Below, in pieces: positions 7,123 to 10,405 of a stretch of DNA of 10,405 nucleotides (position 1 is its first letter; each line of letters begins with the position of its first letter). Origin of the DNA: Candidatus Eiseniibacteriota bacterium (lineage in GTDB: Bacteria; Eisenbacteria; RBG-16-71-46); the NCBI GenBank assembly GCA_031366795.1, contig JANLOX010000199.1, positions 1 to 10,405 on the forward strand, in the 5' to 3' direction. The notes under the pieces are model-generated. The model saw only the letters and a list, made by a program, of their open reading frames with translations, did no database searches and was not told the DNA's origin. A program made the translations under genes and the position numbers.

Positions 7123-8559
7123 TCAGGCCACACGCCGGCGGAAGCGCGCGGGCAGCACGTTCATCTGCTCGCGGTACTTGGCGACGGTGCGACGGGCGAT
7201 GCGCAGCCCCTTCTCGTGCAGCAACTCCGCGATCCGCTGGTCCGACAGCGGATCCTTCTTGTCCTCCTCGTCGATCAGGTTCTTGATGATGTTCTTGGCC
7301 GTGCGCGCCGAGACGTCCTCGCCGTCCTCCGTCTCGAGACCGCTCGAGAAGAAGAACTTGAGCTCGAACACTCCGCGCGGCGTCTGCACGTATTTGCCGC
7401 TGCACACGCGGCTCACCGTGGATTCGTGCATTTCGATCTGCCGCGCCACCTGCTGCAGCGTGAGCGGCCGCAGGTAGGCGATGCCGCGATCGAAGAAATC
7501 GCGCTGCTCGCGGATGATGCAGGTCATCACCTTGATCATGGTCTTGCGCCGCTGCTCGATCGTCTGGATCAGCCAACGCGCCGAGCTCAGCTTGCCCTGG
7601 ATGTACTCCCGCGTCTTCTGCTGGTCCGCGTTCATCTCCGACTTCTTCTTGTCGCGCAGCACCCCCTCGTACGCCGACGAGATGCGCAACCGCGGCAGGT
7701 GCCGGTCGTTGAGCAGCACGACGTACTCCTCGTCCACCCGCTCGACGAGCAGGTCGGGAATGACGTACTTGGGATCCTCCGCCGACACTTCGAGGCCCGG
7801 ACGCGGGTTGAGCGTGGCAATCGAGTCCGCCGCCGCCTGCACTTCCTCGAGCGAACACTTGAACTGGCGCGAGAGCTCGGGGAAGCGGCGGTTCACGAGA
7901 TGGTCGAAATGGTCGCGAATGATCTTGTAGGCCAGGCTGTCCTGCTCATTCCGTGCTTCCAATTGGATGATCAGGCACTCCCGGAGGTTCCGCGCCCCCA
8001 CTCCCGCCGGCTCCAGCGCCTGGATCAGCTTGAGGGCGTGCTCGCAGTCCTCCAGCGTCCGGTTGATGGCCGCCGAGACGTCGTCCAGGGGGGTGGCCAG
8101 CCAGCCGCTGTCGTCCAGCGAACCGACGAGGAATTCGGAGATATGCATCGGATCGGGCGGCAGGTTGAGGAAGTGGAGTTGCTCGAGCAGGCTCTCCGCC
8201 AGCGTCGTGCGCGTGACCGGAACCTTCTCGAGGAACTCGACCGACTGCTCGCCCTGCGGCACGTAGGTGCGGTCAAGTGCTCCGTCCTGCATGTACTCGG
8301 ACCAATCGATCGGGTCGTCTTCGGCGGGGTCTTCGGCCTCCTTGTTTGCCTCTTCTTCCGGCGAATCCTCGCGGTCGAGATCGTCCTGGTCGGTGACCTC
8401 GTCGACTTCCTCGAGCAGCGGATTCTGCATGATCTCCTGCTTTAAGATCTGCTGGAGTTCGAGCGTCGGCACCTGCAGCAATTTGAGCGCCTGCTGCAAC
8501 CGCGGCGTCATGATGAGCGCCGGGCGCAGCGACATGTTCAGCGATGGCTTCAGTTCCAT
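7123..8559 (-). CDS. rpoN: RNA polymerase sigma-54 factor
   Basis: Region I MTPRLQQALKLLQ and NPLLE, EPAGVGARNLRECL, HTH region MHESTVSRV, TPRGVFELKFFF, RpoN box ARRTVAKYRE. Confidence 0.99.
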   Translation of the reverse strand: MELKPSLNMSLRPALIMTPRLQQALKLLQVPTLELQQILKQEIMQNPLLEEVDEVTDQDDLDREDSPEEEANKEAEDPAEDDPIDWSEYMQDGALDRTYVPQGEQSVEFLEKVPVTRTTLAESLLEQLHFLNLPPDPMHISEFLVGSLDDSGWLATPLDDVSAAINRTLEDCEHALKLIQALEPAGVGARNLRECLIIQLEARNEQDSLAYKIIRDHFDHLVNRRFPELSRQFKCSLEEVQAAADSIATLNPRPGLEVSAEDPKYVIPDLLVERVDEEYVVLLNDRHLPRLRISSAYEGVLRDKKKSEMNADQQKTREYIQGKLSSARWLIQTIEQRRKTMIKVMTCIIREQRDFFDRGIAYLRPLTLQQVARQIEMHESTVSRVCSGKYVQTPRGVFELKFFFSSGLETEDGEDVSARTAKNIIKNLIDEEDKKDPLSDQRIAELLHEKGLRIARRTVAKYREQMNVLPARFRRRVA

Positions 8560-8574
8560 GGGAGGGTTCCGGTT

Positions 8575-9332
<758 letters not shown>

Positions 9333-9336
<4 letters not shown>

Positions 9337-9920
9337 TTTCCGGCTGCTTCCTTGATCGGCACGTGACTGCGCACTGTTGCTTGGACCTGGCGCTTGAATT
9401 CGTAGTGCTTCAGGTCGGGATCGCTCTCGAAGCCGTAGCCGGTGAGGACGTCGTTCGCCCGCTGTACGCGGACCAACTGGTCGTCCGGCACGATGATCTT
9501 CTGGTCGTGGTTGAGGAAGCGCAGCTCTTCGGTCGACAGCTTCGTGCCCTCGGTGGTCTCGAGCACCACGTTGCCGCGCGCGAGCATGTCGCGGCTACGG
9601 CCGTTGATCTCGCCTTCGCGCGCCGTCAGCACCGAGGAGCGGTCGCCGTTGGCGTTGAAGAAGTCGACGCGCAGCGTTTGTGCTGAGATCTTGTTGTTGG
9701 AGCGGAACTCCGCGGCGTGGAGCGCGTTGAGCTTCCACAGCAGGCGGCCGGCGTCGGTCTCGGTGATGGCGAAGTCGTTGATTTCCTGGTCGGGCAGCTC
9801 GACCGAGGATCCCCCGGGACCCACCGGCCGCCGCTGTGCGCAGCCGCCGGCCCCGATCGCGCCCGCGAGACACAGCAGGGCAACCAGCCAGAAGTGCCTC
9901 GGTCGTAACGGGCGGAACAT
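9333..9920 (-). CDS. lptC: LPS export periplasmic protein LptC (possible lipoprotein signal peptide)
   Basis: Basic-hydrophobic N-terminus ending AGGC(27), followed by a beta-rich domain (WKLNA, VDFF, LTAREGEI, ARGNVVL, LSTEELRF, LTGYGFESD) resembling the LptC jellyroll; position between kdsD and lptB. ATGA overlap with lptB. Confidence 0.85.
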
Positions 9921-9971
9921 GAGGGGGCTCCCTCGGGAGATGTCGCCTTGAATCGCATACGCTTCGAACCC

Positions 9972-10000
9972 ACGCTAACAAATGGTGTGGGCACCCTCAA
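9972..10000 (-). promoter_or_regulatory. Putative sigma-70-type promoter for the lptC-lptB-rpoN operon
   Basis: Minus strand TTGAGG (10000-9995), 17-nt spacer, TAGCGT (9977-9972), preceded by an extended -10 TGn (9980-9978). Confidence 0.5.
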
Positions 10001-10015
10001 GCACGGCTTGTGCCA
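10000..10015 (-). promoter_or_regulatory. Putative sigma-54 (-24/-12) promoter or binding site
   Basis: Minus strand TGGCACAAGCCGTGCT versus consensus TGGCAC-N5-TTGCW: exact GG-N10-GC spacing, one mismatch (G for the first T of TTGC), oriented toward lptC. Confidence 0.7.
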
Positions 10016-10114
10016 GCATGCCACCACCTTCTAGTTCTATGAGGTTATCGGCCTTATGCCTACCCGGCTTGACGTCCGAGACGTCCCCTTTGGGACCACA
10101 GTGTCCACGGCAGG

Positions 10115-10173
10115 GCGGGCTGTGCGGGGGCGCGACGAGCCGACGCAGCAATCGGGGTTTTGCAGCAGCCCGC
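10115..10173. repeat. Inverted repeat / stem-loop immediately downstream of the kdsD stop
   Basis: GCGGGCTG (10115-10122) and CAGCCCGC (10166-10173) are perfect 8-bp complements; pairing extends inward by TGC/GCA across a one-base bulge. Confidence 0.45.
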
Positions 10174-10178
10174 GTGAG

Positions 10179-10405
10179 CTAGCGGCCGCCCCTGAGGCAA
10201 TCGTGCAGGTGCAGCACGCCGGCCGGTCGCCCCTGCGCATCGACCACGACCAGCGCGGTGATGGCGCCGCTCGGGCGTTCTTCCATGACCCGCACCGCGG
10301 CCGCGACCAGCGCTGTCGCCGCAATGGTCGCGGGCGAGCGCGTCATCACGTCGGCGGCGGTCAGCGTCCAAGGCTCAGAGTACTTGAGCAGGATGCGCTT
10401 GAAGT
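10179..10405 (-). CDS. kdsD: KpsF/GutQ-family arabinose-5-phosphate isomerase, C-terminal CBS region (partial, starts beyond the window)
   Basis: Not in the ORF track. Manual translation: DFKRILLKYSEPWTLTAADVMTRSPATIAATALVAAAVRVMEERPSGAITALVVVDAQGRPAGVLHLHDCLRGGR-stop (TAG 10181-10179). The DVMTxxP and GVLHLHDxLR CBS C-terminus is typical of KdsD, and the position upstream of lptC is canonical. The catalytic SIS domain is outside the window. Confidence 0.85.
   Translation of the reverse strand, partial: FKRILLKYSEPWTLTAADVMTRSPATIAATALVAAAVRVMEERPSGAITALVVVDAQGRPAGVLHLHDCLRGGR

Noticed and set aside
5790..8445. 390-aa (5790-6962) and 637-aa (6532-8445) plus-strand ORFs
   Set aside because: Antisense shadows of hprK, hpf and rpoN with no family motifs.
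9961..9972. GGTTCGAA on the minus strand resembling a tRNA T-loop
   Set aside because: No T-stem complement, cloverleaf or acceptor stem around it.
10029..10058. Possible IHF site between the dyads and the sigma-54 site
   Set aside because: AT-richer than the surroundings but no match to WATCAR-N4-TTR on either strand.
10069..10097. Plus-strand TTGACG as a possible -35 of a divergent promoter
   Set aside because: No -10-like hexamer at 16-18 nt spacing.
9982..10371. Short ORFs 9982-10182 (+), 10037-10324 (-) and 10060-10371 (-)
   Set aside because: No motifs; the two minus-strand ORFs are off-frame reads of kdsD, and all cross the promoter region.

Overview
A GC-rich bacterial window in which every credible gene lies on the minus strand, forming one apparent super-operon. 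In transcription order: 3' end of kdsD (KpsF/GutQ, CBS domain) - 258-bp intergenic control region - lptC - lptB - rpoN (sigma-54) - hpf - hprK - a complete mannose-class PTS (separate EIIA, EIIB, EIIC, EIID) - ptsH (HPr) - ptsI (Enzyme I) - bifunctional phosphoglucose/phosphomannose isomerase - 5' end of metK. The host is an LPS-producing diderm; the gene order suggests a non-enteric lineage such as Gemmatimonadota or a related FCB candidate phylum (inference only). The genes are housekeeping and I found no clear mobile element or CRISPR array. The most interesting signals are regulatory and architectural: (1) the 46-nt metK leader folds into mutually exclusive hairpins that either hide or expose the ribosome-binding site, a candidate uncharacterised switch; (2) a sigma-54 -24/-12 site abuts the -35 of a well-spaced sigma-70-type promoter upstream of the operon encoding sigma-54 itself, with dyad sequences at enhancer distance; (3) lptA and kdsC are missing from their usual positions; (4) a full sugar-type PTS plus PGI/PMI occupies the place of the ptsN/rapZ/npr block. 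All RNA folds and promoter calls were made by eye and are untested.
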